From Stellaceae bacterium (lineage in GTDB: Bacteria > Pseudomonadota > Alphaproteobacteria > ATCC43930 > CGMCC-115725), in contig DASYZD010000063.1 of the NCBI GenBank assembly GCA_035946655.1, positions 1 through 37,110 on the forward strand: 37,110 nucleotides of DNA. Direction: 5' to 3'. The notes below the pieces were generated by a model. It ran no database searches. It had not been told where the DNA came from and saw only the letters and a list, made by a program, of their open reading frames with translations. The number at the start of each line of letters is the position of its first letter. Position 1 is the first letter of the stretch. Position numbers and translations under genes: made by a program. Positions 1-8,789 of this stretch are shown one piece after another.

Positions 1-631
1 TCTCATGGCCACCCTGTTGTTGTCGCTGGGCGTGCCGATGCTGCTCGCCGGGGACGAGTTCGGGCGCAGCCAGGCGGGCAACAGCAACGCCTATTGTCAG
101 GACAACGAAACCTCCTGGCTCGACTGGCAGAAGATCCGGCCCGAGGACGAGGCACTGCGGGGTTTTGTACGCTATTTAATCCAGCTGCGCCGACGGCACC
201 GGGTGTTCTCGCGGCCGCGCTTTTTTCGCGGCGCGGTCGTCTCCGAGGCCGGGCTCAAGGACATCACCTGGGTGACCCAGGGCGGGGTCGAGGCGACCGA
301 TTACGATTGGGGCAATCATGTCGCCTTGTCGTTGGGCTATGTGCTGGGCGGCGCCGCCGGCGAGTTTTACACTCCGGGCGGGCAGCGCGACATCGACGAG
401 AGCTTTCTCGTCATGATGAACGCCTATTACGACGACCTGCCGTTCCATTTCCCGCATTTGCCGACCGGGCTCCTCTGGGAGGCGCTGGTCGATACCGCCG
501 AGCCCACCGGGCTCGCCGCCGGCGGGCGCTTGTGGCACCCCGGCGAAGCTTACCCGTTGCGGGCGCATTCCTTCGCGCTCTTCATCAACCGCGCGCCCGC
601 GTCCCCGCCGCCCGGCAGCGAGACGCGATGA
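1..631 (+). CDS. glgX: Glycogen debranching enzyme GlgX, C-terminal part (5' end outside window)
   Basis: The frame is open from the window edge. The translation [29 protein letters not shown]... is typical of the GH13 isoamylase/GlgX catalytic-to-C-terminal region. The TGA stop at 629-631 overlaps the next start as ATGA. Confidence 0.88.
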   Translation, partial: LMATLLLSLGVPMLLAGDEFGRSQAGNSNAYCQDNETSWLDWQKIRPEDEALRGFVRYLIQLRRRHRVFSRPRFFRGAVVSEAGLKDITWVTQGGVEATDYDWGNHVALSLGYVLGGAAGEFYTPGGQRDIDESFLVMMNAYYDDLPFHFPHLPTGLLWEALVDTAEPTGLAAGGRLWHPGEAYPLRAHSFALFINRAPASPPPGSETR

Positions 632-2763
632 GCCGGCTCGACGCGCTGCGCCGTATCGCCGGCCTCGTCGGCATCGCGACCCGCCACGTCGATGCGCTGG
701 GTGTGGTGCATGAGCCCGATGAAGAAACGCTCGCCCGGCTGATTACCGCGTTTGGCCTGCCCGCCGATCCCAAGGTGGCCGAGGATGCACTCGCCGAGAC
801 AAGCCGGACCGCACCGTTCGGTCTCGCCCCGATCCTGATCGTCGAAGAGGAAAAGCCCGATCCGGTGCTGAGCCTGTGTCTGCCTACGGGGAGCGGCGGC
901 GTCGAATGGCACTGCCGGCTCGAAGACGGAACCGAGCGCGCCGGCCGGAGCGAGGGAGCCGAGCTGCGCCTGCCGGCCCAATTGCCGCTCGGGTATCACC
1001 GCCTCGCCGTCAGCGGAACCGGCACCGGCGCGACTGCGGAAATCGTCCTCGTCGTTGCGCCCCAATCCTGTCACCTCCCCGATGGCCTGCAGCCGGGCGC
1101 CCGCAGCTGGGGTCTCACCGCCCAGCTTTACGGCCTGCGCAGCGCGCGCGATTGGGGCATCGGCGACCTGGGCGACCTGGCGCGGCTCTGCCGGGAGGCT
1201 GGCAGGCTCGGCGCCGCGGCGGTCGGCATCAACCCGCTGCATGCGCTGTTCAGCGCGGAGCCCCGTCATTTCAGCCCGTATTCGCCATCGAGCCGGATGT
1301 GGCTCGATTATCTCTATATCGATGTGACGGCGGTCCCCGGTTTTGCCGAGAACGCCGCGGTGCAAAACCTGGCGCCCAGTGCTGTGGTTCTGGCGGCGCG
1401 TGGTGCCCCGCTCATCGATTACGCTGCAGTCGCCGCGCTCAAACGCCCGGTGCTCGAGGCGCTCTATCTTCGTTTCCGCGCGCGCGAAAGCGGCGGCGCG
1501 CTCGACGCCCGCTTCCACGCCTTCGAGCGCGCGGGCGGCGCGGCGCTCGCGGCGTTTGCTACGTTCGAGGCGCTGCACGAGCATTTCGCCATAACCGGTG
1601 GGCCGTTCTCGTGGCACGAATGGCCGGCGGCGCTGCGCGATCCCCGATCGCCCGCGGTCGCCGAGTTCGCCCGCGCCCATACCGAACGCGTAGCGTTTTT
1701 CCAGTTTCTGCAATGGCAGGCCGATGATCAGCTCGGCGCGGCCGCGGTCGCCGGGCGCGCCAGCGGGCTCGGGATCGGGCTCTATCGCGACCTCGCGGTC
1801 GGGGCCAACCCGAACGGGGCGGAAGCCTGGAGCGACGGCGAGCTCGTCGTCCCCGGCGCGGCGATCGGCGCTCCGCCTGATGTGCTGAACCGGGCCGGCC
1901 AGAATTGGGGCTTGGCGCCGGTCAACCCGCTGGTGCTGCGCCGGCGCGGCTTTGCCCCGCTGATCGCCGCGTTGCGCGCCAACATGCGGCACGCCGGGGT
2001 GCTCAGGATCGACCACGTGATGAGCCTGCAACGGCTCTATTGGATCCCGAGCGGTCTTCCGGCCACCCGCGGGGCCTATGTCAATTATCCGTTGGGCGAT
2101 CTGCTGCGCCTCGTCGCGCTCGAGAGCCGCCGTCAGGGCTGCGCGATCGTCGGCGAGGATCTCGGCACCGTGCCCGAGGGGCTTCGCGAGACGATGCAGC
2201 GAGCCAACATATTGTCGTACCGCGTTTTCGTATTTGAGAAGCGCGGCGATGGCCGCTTTGTGCCGCCCGCCGACTACCCGCCGCTCGCCGCCGCCTCGGC
2301 CGCGACGCACGACCTCGCCACTCTCAAAGGGTTTTGGCTTGGCCATGACATCGCCTGGCGGCGCCGGCTCGCGCTCTATCCCGACCTGTCGGCCGAGATG
2401 AACGAGATCGAGGAGCGCCGCCGCGACCGGCGCATGCTCCTCGAAGCGCTGGCTGGCGAAGGGTTGATCGCACCGGAGCGGTTCGGCGCGTTTCTCTCGG
2501 AAGAGGGCGCGCCGGCCTATCGACCCGAACTCGGCGAGGCGATCCTCGCCTATCTCGCGCGTTCGCGCGCGCGCCTCGCGCTGGTGCAGTTGGAGGACGT
2601 CGCCGGTGAAGTCGAGCAGGCCAATCTGCCAGGCACCACCGACGCGCATCCCAATTGGCGCCGACGCCTGCCCTTATCCATCGAGGAGCTGTGCGCCGGG
2701 CCCGAGATGACGCGGGTCGCCGCGCTCGTTACCGCCGCGCGCGGCGAGGCGGCGCCAGAATGA
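628..2763 (+). CDS. malQ: 4-alpha-glucanotransferase (amylomaltase, GH77), long alphaproteobacterial form
   Basis: An in-frame ATG at 628 ([16 protein letters not shown]...) overlaps the glgX stop. The upstream 94..627 part of the tracked ORF lies inside glgX and is Arg/Pro-rich junk. GH77-like blocks are present: [34 protein letters not shown]. Confidence 0.9.
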   Translation: MSRLDALRRIAGLVGIATRHVDALGVVHEPDEETLARLITAFGLPADPKVAEDALAETSRTAPFGLAPILIVEEEKPDPVLSLCLPTGSGGVEWHCRLEDGTERAGRSEGAELRLPAQLPLGYHRLAVSGTGTGATAEIVLVVAPQSCHLPDGLQPGARSWGLTAQLYGLRSARDWGIGDLGDLARLCREAGRLGAAAVGINPLHALFSAEPRHFSPYSPSSRMWLDYLYIDVTAVPGFAENAAVQNLAPSAVVLAARGAPLIDYAAVAALKRPVLEALYLRFRARESGGALDARFHAFERAGGAALAAFATFEALHEHFAITGGPFSWHEWPAALRDPRSPAVAEFARAHTERVAFFQFLQWQADDQLGAAAVAGRASGLGIGLYRDLAVGANPNGAEAWSDGELVVPGAAIGAPPDVLNRAGQNWGLAPVNPLVLRRRGFAPLIAALRANMRHAGVLRIDHVMSLQRLYWIPSGLPATRGAYVNYPLGDLLRLVALESRRQGCAIVGEDLGTVPEGLRETMQRANILSYRVFVFEKRGDGRFVPPADYPPLAAASAATHDLATLKGFWLGHDIAWRRRLALYPDLSAEMNEIEERRRDRRMLLEALAGEGLIAPERFGAFLSEEGAPAYRPELGEAILAYLARSRARLALVQLEDVAGEVEQANLPGTTDAHPNWRRRLPLSIEELCAGPEMTRVAALVTAARGEAAPE

Positions 2764-2780
2764 GGGGGTAACCACCTGCG

Positions 2781-3713
2781 ATGAACCCGACGACATCCGC
2801 CCGCTTTCACTATCGCCTCGGCGCCAACCAGCCGGCGGCGAGCCCGACCGCGCGCCGCCTCGCCGAGATGGCCGAAGCGATCTGGCACGAGACCGACGGC
2901 GCGTTGCGGCTCGAGGTCCATCCGGAAAGCCGGCTCGGTCCCGACCCCCGGATGTTCGCCGACTTACAAAAGGGCGCACTCGAATTCTATCTCTCGGGCG
3001 CGCTCCTGGGCGGGGTCGCGCCGACGAGCGCGCTGCCGCTCCTGCCGTTCGCCTTTAAGGACAGCACAAAAGTATTCGCCGCGCTCGACGGCGCGCTTGG
3101 CGAGATGATCAGCGCCGAGCTCGGCCACGCCGGGTTCCACGCCTTCCGCCGTGCCTGGCAGAACGGGTTTCACCACATCACCACCAGCACCCGGGCGATC
3201 CACGGCGCCGATGATTTCGCCGGGCTGAAAATCCGCACCCCCGGAGGCGCGTTCGCCGCGGATTTTTTTGAGACGCTCGGCGCCGAACCGGGCATGGTGC
3301 CGTTCAGCGGGATGTACGATGCGCTGAAGGCGAAAACCTTCGACGGCCAGAGCGATCCGCTCGCAATCGTGCACTCGCTCAGGCTTTTTGAGGTACAGAA
3401 ATATCTCAGCCTGACGGCGCATTGGTGGACCGGATTTACCCTCATCGCCAACGCCGGCTCCTGGGCCGCCCTGCCGGCCGAGATCCGGGGAGTAGTCGAT
3501 CGCAATGCCGAAAAATTCGCGCTGTTGCAGCGCGCCGACATCGAGGCGGTGAATGCCGCCGGCGCCGCGGCCTTGGCGCACCACGGCATGATCGTCAACC
3601 AGGCCGACACCGCCGGCATCCGCGCCCGGCTCGGCGATTTCTACGCGCGCTGGCGCGCCCGTTTCGATCCCGCCGCCTGGACGCTGCTGGAGGAGGCAGC
3701 GGGCGGTTTCTAG
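2781..3713 (+). CDS. DctP-family TRAP transporter solute-binding protein homologue, without signal peptide
   Basis: The 310-aa ORF has a DctP-like core: RFHYRLGANQP..., LQKGALEFYL, LPFAFKD, KIRTP. Only 7 residues precede the conserved first beta-strand. An in-frame TAA at 2769-2771 blocks any N-terminal extension. Confidence 0.75.
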   Translation: MNPTTSARFHYRLGANQPAASPTARRLAEMAEAIWHETDGALRLEVHPESRLGPDPRMFADLQKGALEFYLSGALLGGVAPTSALPLLPFAFKDSTKVFAALDGALGEMISAELGHAGFHAFRRAWQNGFHHITTSTRAIHGADDFAGLKIRTPGGAFAADFFETLGAEPGMVPFSGMYDALKAKTFDGQSDPLAIVHSLRLFEVQKYLSLTAHWWTGFTLIANAGSWAALPAEIRGVVDRNAEKFALLQRADIEAVNAAGAAALAHHGMIVNQADTAGIRARLGDFYARWRARFDPAAWTLLEEAAGGF

Positions 3714-3730
3714 CCGCCGCGCCGCTCGCT

Positions 3731-4534
3731 CTATTGCGCGGTAATCCCGCCGTCGATGACGAGGCTGGAGCCGGTCATGAAGGCGGCGTCATCGGAGGCG
3801 AGAAAGACGATCCCCTTGGCGATGTCGGTGACCGTGCCCATCCGCCCGATCGGCAGCCGCTCGATGACCTGGGCGCGCGCCGCGGCGACGTCGTTGGTGC
3901 CGAGATTGCGCGCGCGCGTCACCAGCACCTGGTCCCCCATATCGGTGTCGATCGTGCCGGGATGCATCGAATTAACCCGGATGCGGTAGTTCTTGCGGGC
4001 GAATTCGAGCGCCGCGGATTTGGTGAAGAGCGTGACCCCGCCCTTGGTCATCGAATAGAGCGGGTCCTGGGTCGAGCCGACAAGCCCGGCGACCGACGAC
4101 AGATTGACGATGGCGCTGCCGCACGGGCTCAGCGCCGCCGCATCGCGCAACGCCGGGAGCGCGAGCTTGGTGCCGAGAAAAACGCCGGTCAGGTTGACCG
4201 CGCTGAGGCGCTGCCATTCAGCAAGGCTCGCCCCCTCGATATCCTTGCCGAGAAAGAGCCCGGCATTGTTGACGAGGATATCGAGCTTGCCGAAGCGGCT
4301 GACGATTGCCGCAATGGCCGCGCTCCAAGCCTCCTCGCTGGTCACGTCGAGATGGAGGTAGAGCGCGTCGCCGCCGGCATTGGTGAGCGCGCGCACCGTC
4401 TCGCGCCCGCGCTCGTCGAGCACATCGCCGACCGCGATCTTGGCGCCGGCCTCGACCATCAGCCGTGCGGTCTCGCCGCCGATCCCGCGCGCCGCGCCGG
4501 ATACGAGCGCCACCTTGCCGTCAAGCCGGTTCAT
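3731..4534 (-). CDS. Short-chain dehydrogenase/reductase (3alpha/20beta-hydroxysteroid dehydrogenase-like)
   Basis: The start was trimmed to the ATG at 4534 (MNRLDGKVALVSGAARGIGG). SDR motifs are present: TGxxxGIG-type glycine loop, NNAG, and catalytic S...YSMTK. Confidence 0.9.
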   Translation of the reverse strand: MNRLDGKVALVSGAARGIGGETARLMVEAGAKIAVGDVLDERGRETVRALTNAGGDALYLHLDVTSEEAWSAAIAAIVSRFGKLDILVNNAGLFLGKDIEGASLAEWQRLSAVNLTGVFLGTKLALPALRDAAALSPCGSAIVNLSSVAGLVGSTQDPLYSMTKGGVTLFTKSAALEFARKNYRIRVNSMHPGTIDTDMGDQVLVTRARNLGTNDVAAARAQVIERLPIGRMGTVTDIAKGIVFLASDDAAFMTGSSLVIDGGITAQ

Positions 4535-4736
4535 GCCTTCTCTCCCCAAATCCCGAGCCGCCTTGGGCGAGACGCTATAGCAAAGCGCGCCGACCCCTCC
4601 AGCGGATTGCTGCCGGCCGTTGATCGCGTCGCATTTTTCCGGCATGACCGGGGAAGGGAGTGACCTGGGGCCCCTATTTGGCGCATTCTCACTCCGATGC
4701 TGCCGCGCCCCGGAAACCAACTCTGGCACTGAGATT

Positions 4737-5807
4737 GTGCCCCACACGACCTCTCAGGATGCTGGCGTCGACACCGATGAAGCCGAGAGCGGCCTCAACC
4801 GGCTGATCAAGCAGATCACCGGCACATGGCCGCCGCGCGGCGCCTTTGGCGGGGTACAGCTGCCGATTGGCTATTTCGCCAATGTCATCGACATCGGCGG
4901 CGTGGGATTGGCGATTTGCACCGATGGTGTCGGCTCCAAGGTCGTTATCGCCGAGCTGATGGACCGTTACGATACGATCGGGATCGATTGCATCGCGATG
5001 AATGTCAACGACTTGATCTGCGTGGGAGCCCAGCCGGTTTCCCTCGTTGATTACATCGCGGTCGAGCGGGCGAACGCGCATATGCTCGAAGCGATTGCGA
5101 TCGGGCTGGCCGATGGCGCCAAAGCGGCCGGCATCTCGATCTCCGGCGGCGAGATCGCGCAGCTCGAAGATATCGTCCACGGCTTTGACCTGGCCGGTAC
5201 GGCGGTCGGAACGGTACCCCTCGATAAAATTCTGACCGGGCGTCATCTGGAACCCGGCGATCGGATCATCGGCATCGAAAGCAGCGGCATTCACAGCAAT
5301 GGGCTCACCCTCGCGCGGAAGGCGTTCTTCAAGCGTACCGACCCGCTTGCCTTGGGTCATCCGGTTCCCGGGACCGATGCCACGCTCGGCGACGAGTTGC
5401 TCCGCCCGACCCTGATCTACGTTCGCGAGATCATGGAAATTCTGCGGCAGGTGCCAAGCGTCAAGGCTCTGACGCATATCACGAGTGACGGGCTCCTCAA
5501 TTTAAGTCGGGTTGACAACCCGCACCTCGGGTTTTTGATCGACGAGATGCCGCCGGCACCGGGAATATTTAACATGATTCAACAATACGGCGACGTCAGC
5601 ACCGCTGAAATGTTTGAAGTGTATAATATGGGGGTGGGGTTTTGCGTCTCGGTCAGCGAAACCGATGTCGCTGCGGTGCTCTCCATACTCGCTCAGCACC
5701 ATCGGAAAGCGTCGGTGATCGGCACGGTTATCGAGGACCCGACAAAAGGGGTTTATTTGCCCCGGCAAGGCCTTACCGGGCATAAAAAGCGCTTTCGCCA
5801 GGACTGA
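4737..5807 (+). CDS. PurM-like AIR synthase-related protein (start uncertain: GTG 4737, ATG 4644 or 4620)
   Basis: SQDAGVDTDEAE resembles the PurM N-terminus (KDAGVDIDAG). CTDGVGSKVVIA and IGIDCIAMNVNDLICVGAQP match PurM-superfamily motifs. Codons 4620..4736 have poor third-position GC, so the short start is preferred. Confidence 0.75.
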   Translation: MPHTTSQDAGVDTDEAESGLNRLIKQITGTWPPRGAFGGVQLPIGYFANVIDIGGVGLAICTDGVGSKVVIAELMDRYDTIGIDCIAMNVNDLICVGAQPVSLVDYIAVERANAHMLEAIAIGLADGAKAAGISISGGEIAQLEDIVHGFDLAGTAVGTVPLDKILTGRHLEPGDRIIGIESSGIHSNGLTLARKAFFKRTDPLALGHPVPGTDATLGDELLRPTLIYVREIMEILRQVPSVKALTHITSDGLLNLSRVDNPHLGFLIDEMPPAPGIFNMIQQYGDVSTAEMFEVYNMGVGFCVSVSETDVAAVLSILAQHHRKASVIGTVIEDPTKGVYLPRQGLTGHKKRFRQD

Positions 5808-5828
5808 AAGCAGCGACCGGAGGCCTCG

Positions 5829-6470
5829 CTATCTGGCCGCGGCTTGGGGCGCTCCGCGGACGAACGCCCAAAAGCTGTTGTCCATCGCAACCGATTGGCT
5901 CATCAGGTAGGGGAAGTGGCCGTAGACGAGCGACAGCTCCCGGTCGGCCTGCGCGGCGCTCGCCCCGGTGTCGGTGTAGCGATAGAGGGCGGCGACGAGG
6001 CCGGTGCGGTCCGCCCCCGATTTGCAATGGATCAAGAGCGGCTTTGGCGCCTTGCGCACGATGCCGAGAATCTCCGAGATCTGCTGATTGGTAACAAAAC
6101 GCTTGGCCGATAATGGGTAGTCGAAATGCACGAGGCCCAGCGCGCCCGAGGCCGTGATCTCGTCGTCGTACCACGCCTGCCCCTTATGCGCGCCGCGCAG
6201 GTTGAGCACCGATTTGATCCCGTATTCCCCGACGGCCGCCTTGATCTCGTTTCCGCTCAATTGCGCCGAACGGTAAAGGACCCCCGCGCGAACCGCGTGA
6301 AGATTGCCCTCGTATTGGAGAATCCCCCAGTACCCCCCGATCGAGGCAGCCACGAGCCCGACACAAACCCCGGCGACCTTGAGGCACCGCAACAGCCCCG
6401 CGACCGTCCTCGATCGAGGCCGTCGCCGGCCGGTTTCTGCATCGAGCCCGCTAAGCGGTTGCGTGGTCAT
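5829..6470 (-). CDS. Membrane-anchored dual-specificity / tyrosine phosphatase-like protein
   Basis: CX5R P-loop HCKSGADRTG. One N-terminal hydrophobic helix (VAGVCVGLVAASIGGYWGIL). 213 aa. Confidence 0.8.
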   Translation of the reverse strand: MTTQPLSGLDAETGRRRPRSRTVAGLLRCLKVAGVCVGLVAASIGGYWGILQYEGNLHAVRAGVLYRSAQLSGNEIKAAVGEYGIKSVLNLRGAHKGQAWYDDEITASGALGLVHFDYPLSAKRFVTNQQISEILGIVRKAPKPLLIHCKSGADRTGLVAALYRYTDTGASAAQADRELSLVYGHFPYLMSQSVAMDNSFWAFVRGAPQAAAR

Positions 6471-6631
6471 GCCGCAATCCCGTCTCGGTTCGCCGGTCCG
6501 TCGTGCGAAGGTTCCCGCCCAGGCAAGTTCGCGCGCGAGCGATAATCAGGTATAACCGCCGCCGAGCGGATTGCCAACGACGGCGCGATGCGCGCCCGGC
6601 CAGGGGGTCCGATTTCGGGGGAGGCAGGTAG

Positions 6632-7417
6632 ATGACTGTGAGGATTGCAGCGCTCTACCGCTACCCGGTCAAGGGAATGAGCGCCGAGCCTCTAGAGCGG
6701 GTGGCGCTCGCGCCCGGTGAATGCCTGCCGCAGGACCGCCGCTTCGCGATCGCGCTGGCTGCGACCCGCTTTGATCCAACACGCCCGGAATGGTTGCCGA
6801 AGACGAAATTTGTCATGCTGATGCGCGACGAAAAGCTGGCGCAGCTGAGTACCGGCTTCGACGCCTCAAGCGGCGCGCTGACCATCGAGCGTAAGGGCAG
6901 CGTCGCCCTGCGGGCGCGCCTCAGCGAGCCCGAGGGGTGCCGGGTCGTCAGCGAGTTTCTGGCGGAGTTTCTCGGGCCGGGCATCGAGGGTCCGCTGCGA
7001 ATCGTCGAGGCCCCCGGCCACGCCTTTGCCGATGCGCGCAGGAAACCCAACGCGACGAGCGACAAATACGTCTCGCTGATCAACCTTGCCAGCATCGCCG
7101 CATTGGAAGCGGTCGTCGGGGCGCCGGTCGATCCGTTGCGCTTCCGCGCCAATGCCTATCTCGAGGGGGAGCCGGCGTGGAGCGAACTCGGCTGGATCGG
7201 TTCCGAGATCATGTTGGACGGCGCGCGCCTCAGGGTGATTGCCGCGATCACGCGGTGCGCCGCCACCGCGGTCAACCCGGCGACGGCCGAGCGCGACCTC
7301 GATATCGTCGGCGCCCTGCAGCGCGGCTTCGGCCACAATTTGATGGGTATTTATGCCGAGGTGATCGCGGGCGGCGAGATCGCGATCGGCGACCAATTGG
7401 CGCTGCGCCAGCCCTAG
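6632..7417 (+). CDS. MOSC domain-containing protein (N-terminal beta-barrel plus MOSC)
   Basis: LYRYPVKGMS N-terminal motif. A conserved Cys context ITRCAATAVNP lies near the C-terminus. GGAGG-like RBS upstream. Confidence 0.85.
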   Translation: MTVRIAALYRYPVKGMSAEPLERVALAPGECLPQDRRFAIALAATRFDPTRPEWLPKTKFVMLMRDEKLAQLSTGFDASSGALTIERKGSVALRARLSEPEGCRVVSEFLAEFLGPGIEGPLRIVEAPGHAFADARRKPNATSDKYVSLINLASIAALEAVVGAPVDPLRFRANAYLEGEPAWSELGWIGSEIMLDGARLRVIAAITRCAATAVNPATAERDLDIVGALQRGFGHNLMGIYAEVIAGGEIAIGDQLALRQP

Positions 7418-7508
7418 CCTGCTGGCTCTTGGTCCCCTGCCCGGACCAACTCGCCCGAATGCCGAACGCGGCCAAGATGACCGCAGCCGGCAGGCGGATT
7501 CCACGCAC

Positions 7509-7548
7509 AAAAAGGCTACGCTCGGCGGCGCTTAGGCGCCGCCGAGCG
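7509..7548 (-). terminator. Rho-independent terminator downstream of the distal flp gene
   Basis: Perfect 13-bp stem CGCTCGGCGGCGC / GCGCCGCCGAGCG with a 4-nt loop. On the minus strand it is followed by TAGCCTTTTT. Confidence 0.7.
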
Positions 7549-7578
7549 TAGTGCGAGACCGACCGAAGCCGCCAATCG

Positions 7579-7740
7579 TTAGAGCTTGTTGGCGACGTTG
7601 GTGAAGGTGTTGATGAGCGCGGTTCCGACCAGCGACATGGCGCTGATCGCGGCAACCGCGATCAAGGCGGCGATCAAACCGTATTCGATCGCGGTCGCCC
7701 CGTCCTCGTTTTTCGCTAACTTGACCAAAGTGGCAAACAT
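7579..7740 (-). CDS. flp: Flp family type IVb pilin (53 aa; absent from ORF track because <60 aa)
   Basis: Hand translation gives MFATLVKLAKNEDGATAIEYGLIAALIAVAAISAMSLVGTALINTFTNVANKL followed by TAA. The Flp motif G/ATAIEYGLI is present. The tracked plus-strand ORF 7586..7792 is its antisense shadow. Confidence 0.9.
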   Translation of the reverse strand: MFATLVKLAKNEDGATAIEYGLIAALIAVAAISAMSLVGTALINTFTNVANKL

Positions 7741-7835
7741 TCAGGTTCTCCTCGAAGCGCTGCTTTTTGGCTCCCCCGCTCAGCGCCGCTGAAGCGCCGC
7801 CGAGCGGGGTGCGAAACCGACCAAATCGCCGATCG

Positions 7836-7997
7836 TCAAAGCTTGTTGGCGACGTTGGTGAAGGTGTTGATGAGCGCGGTTCCGACCAGCGACATGGCGC
7901 TGATCGCGGCAACCGCAATCAAGGCGGCGATCAAACCATATTCGATCGCGGTCGCCCCGTCTTCGCTCTTCCATAAGCTTTTCAGTGTGGCAAACAT
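7836..7997 (-). CDS. flp: Flp family type IVb pilin (53 aa), tandem paralogue
   Basis: This is the C-terminal 53 aa of tracked ORF 7836..8303: MFATLKSLWKSEDGATAIEYGLIAALIAVAAISAMSLVGTALINTFTNVANKL. An AGGAGG RBS (cctcct on the plus strand) lies just upstream of the ATG at 7997. Confidence 0.9.
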   Translation of the reverse strand: MFATLKSLWKSEDGATAIEYGLIAALIAVAAISAMSLVGTALINTFTNVANKL

Positions 7998-8218
7998 CCC
8001 AGTCCTCCTGTGGCCGCTGACCCCCCCACCATGCACGCCAAAGCTTGCCAAAGCCTTAAAGCCAGCGGGGCGAACGATGCCATAGAGCAAAAGATCGCAC
8101 AACACTTTAGCCAATTTTGGCAGGTAATCTCTTGCCGCAGCGGTTTTATTGAAGTCGCACGGTGATCGCAGTTCGCGAACGCGCGGGGCGCGCCAGCCGC
8201 ATGCCGGGATTCGGCCGC

Positions 8219-8248
8219 GAAATCCGCCGACCCTGTGGGTCGGCGGAT
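8219..8248 (-). terminator. Putative terminator hairpin downstream of the SelW-like gene
   Basis: Perfect 12-bp stem ATCCGCCGACCC / GGGTCGGCGGAT with loop TGT. Only a short TTTC tract follows on the minus strand. Confidence 0.5.
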
Positions 8249-8309
8249 AGCACGGAAGCGGCCCCATCGCCTTACTCTCTTGCGCTGGGCAGGGCTTTCC
8301 CATCCCGAA

Positions 8310-8543
8310 TCAGGGTGCCCCGGTTTGACCGGCGCCTAACGAATCGATTTCCTCGTCGGTGGGAAACCGCCCAGTTTGCTTCTTCGAGAACATGAGCCGG
8401 CCATCGACGGTGATCTCGAACGCGCCGCCCACCCCGGGTACCAACTCGACTTCGGCGCCATAACCCTCAATCAATCTCGCCCTCGCACGGAGGGCCCGCG
8501 GCTCATAGTTTCAAGGCTTGCACCACTCGATCCTGACCTTCAT
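8310..8543 (-). CDS. selW: SelW-like / Rdx-family selenoprotein (77 aa) with in-frame UGA (Sec) at codon 11
   Basis: Base-by-base hand translation gives MKVRIEWCKP-U-NYEPRALRARARLIEGYGAEVELVPGVGGAFEITVDGRLMFSKKQTGRFPTDEEIDSLGAGQTGAP. The C-x-x-U redox motif has its TGA at 8511..8513. The SelW-like block GxFE[IV]xVxGxLxxSKKxxGxFP is present. A strong RBS GGAGGGTGGAG sits directly upstream of the ATG at 8543. Third-position GC stays high across the TGA. Confidence 0.85.
8479..8495 (-). promoter_or_regulatory. Candidate bacterial SECIS hairpin
   Basis: The mRNA folds as GCCCUC-CGUGC-GAGGGC, a 6-bp GC stem with a 5-nt loop containing GU. It starts 15 nt after the UGA. Confidence 0.55.
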
Positions 8544-8789
8544 CTCCACCCTCCATCGCGGCTGGCTCTTCAGCAGCCACCAACGGCCAGCTTATCATGA
8601 CAATTCGCGGCGTGTCAGGCGTTCCATGCGCGCCCAGGGATCGCATCGGCCTCTCGCGGTAAATCATTTGGTAAAACGCGTCATATAGCGTTTAGCGGTG
8701 ATGGCGAGCGGCTTGACCTGCGATCGGATCGGGCGTAGCGGGGCCGGCAGACGGGAGTGAGCGGGTTCGGCGATTGGCGGAGCAGGGCG

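Larger units (their letters stand above)
7521..7997. repeat. Tandem duplication (period 257 bp) carrying flp plus its 3' hairpin
   Basis: 7579..7700 and 7836..7957 are near-identical, with only a few synonymous differences. The 3' flanks 7521..7578 and 7776..7835 are also related (CGCCGCCGAGCG... ACCGACC...). Confidence 0.85.

Noticed and set aside
550-2649. Very long antisense ORFs: 550..2649 (-), 16208..17503 (-), 21047..22744 (-), 25148..26935 (-), and the 33540..34895 extension of ORF 32910..34895 (-).
   Set aside because: All lie opposite genes with clear family motifs. Their translations are Arg/Pro/Gly/Ala-rich with no recognisable domains. This is typical of stop-codon-poor antisense frames in high-GC DNA.
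4648-4713. Possible ZTP (pfl) riboswitch upstream of the PurM-like gene.
   Set aside because: Nested stems exist, but I could not find the conserved CCGCCUGGGC-type 3' element. Only a covariance-model search could settle it.
4737-5807. Whether the PurM-superfamily gene could be SelD (selenophosphate synthetase) supporting the selenoprotein.
   Set aside because: It lacks the SelD N-terminal Cys/Sec-Gly-x-Lys loop and instead has the PurM-type DGVGSK and N-terminal DAGVD motifs. It is not SelD-like by eye.
7586-8600. Plus-strand tracked ORFs 7586..7792, 7843..8085, 8162..8395 and 8376..8600.
   Set aside because: They are antisense shadows of the two flp genes and of the SelW-like gene. The minus-strand readings have RBSs and family motifs, and the plus-strand ones have none.
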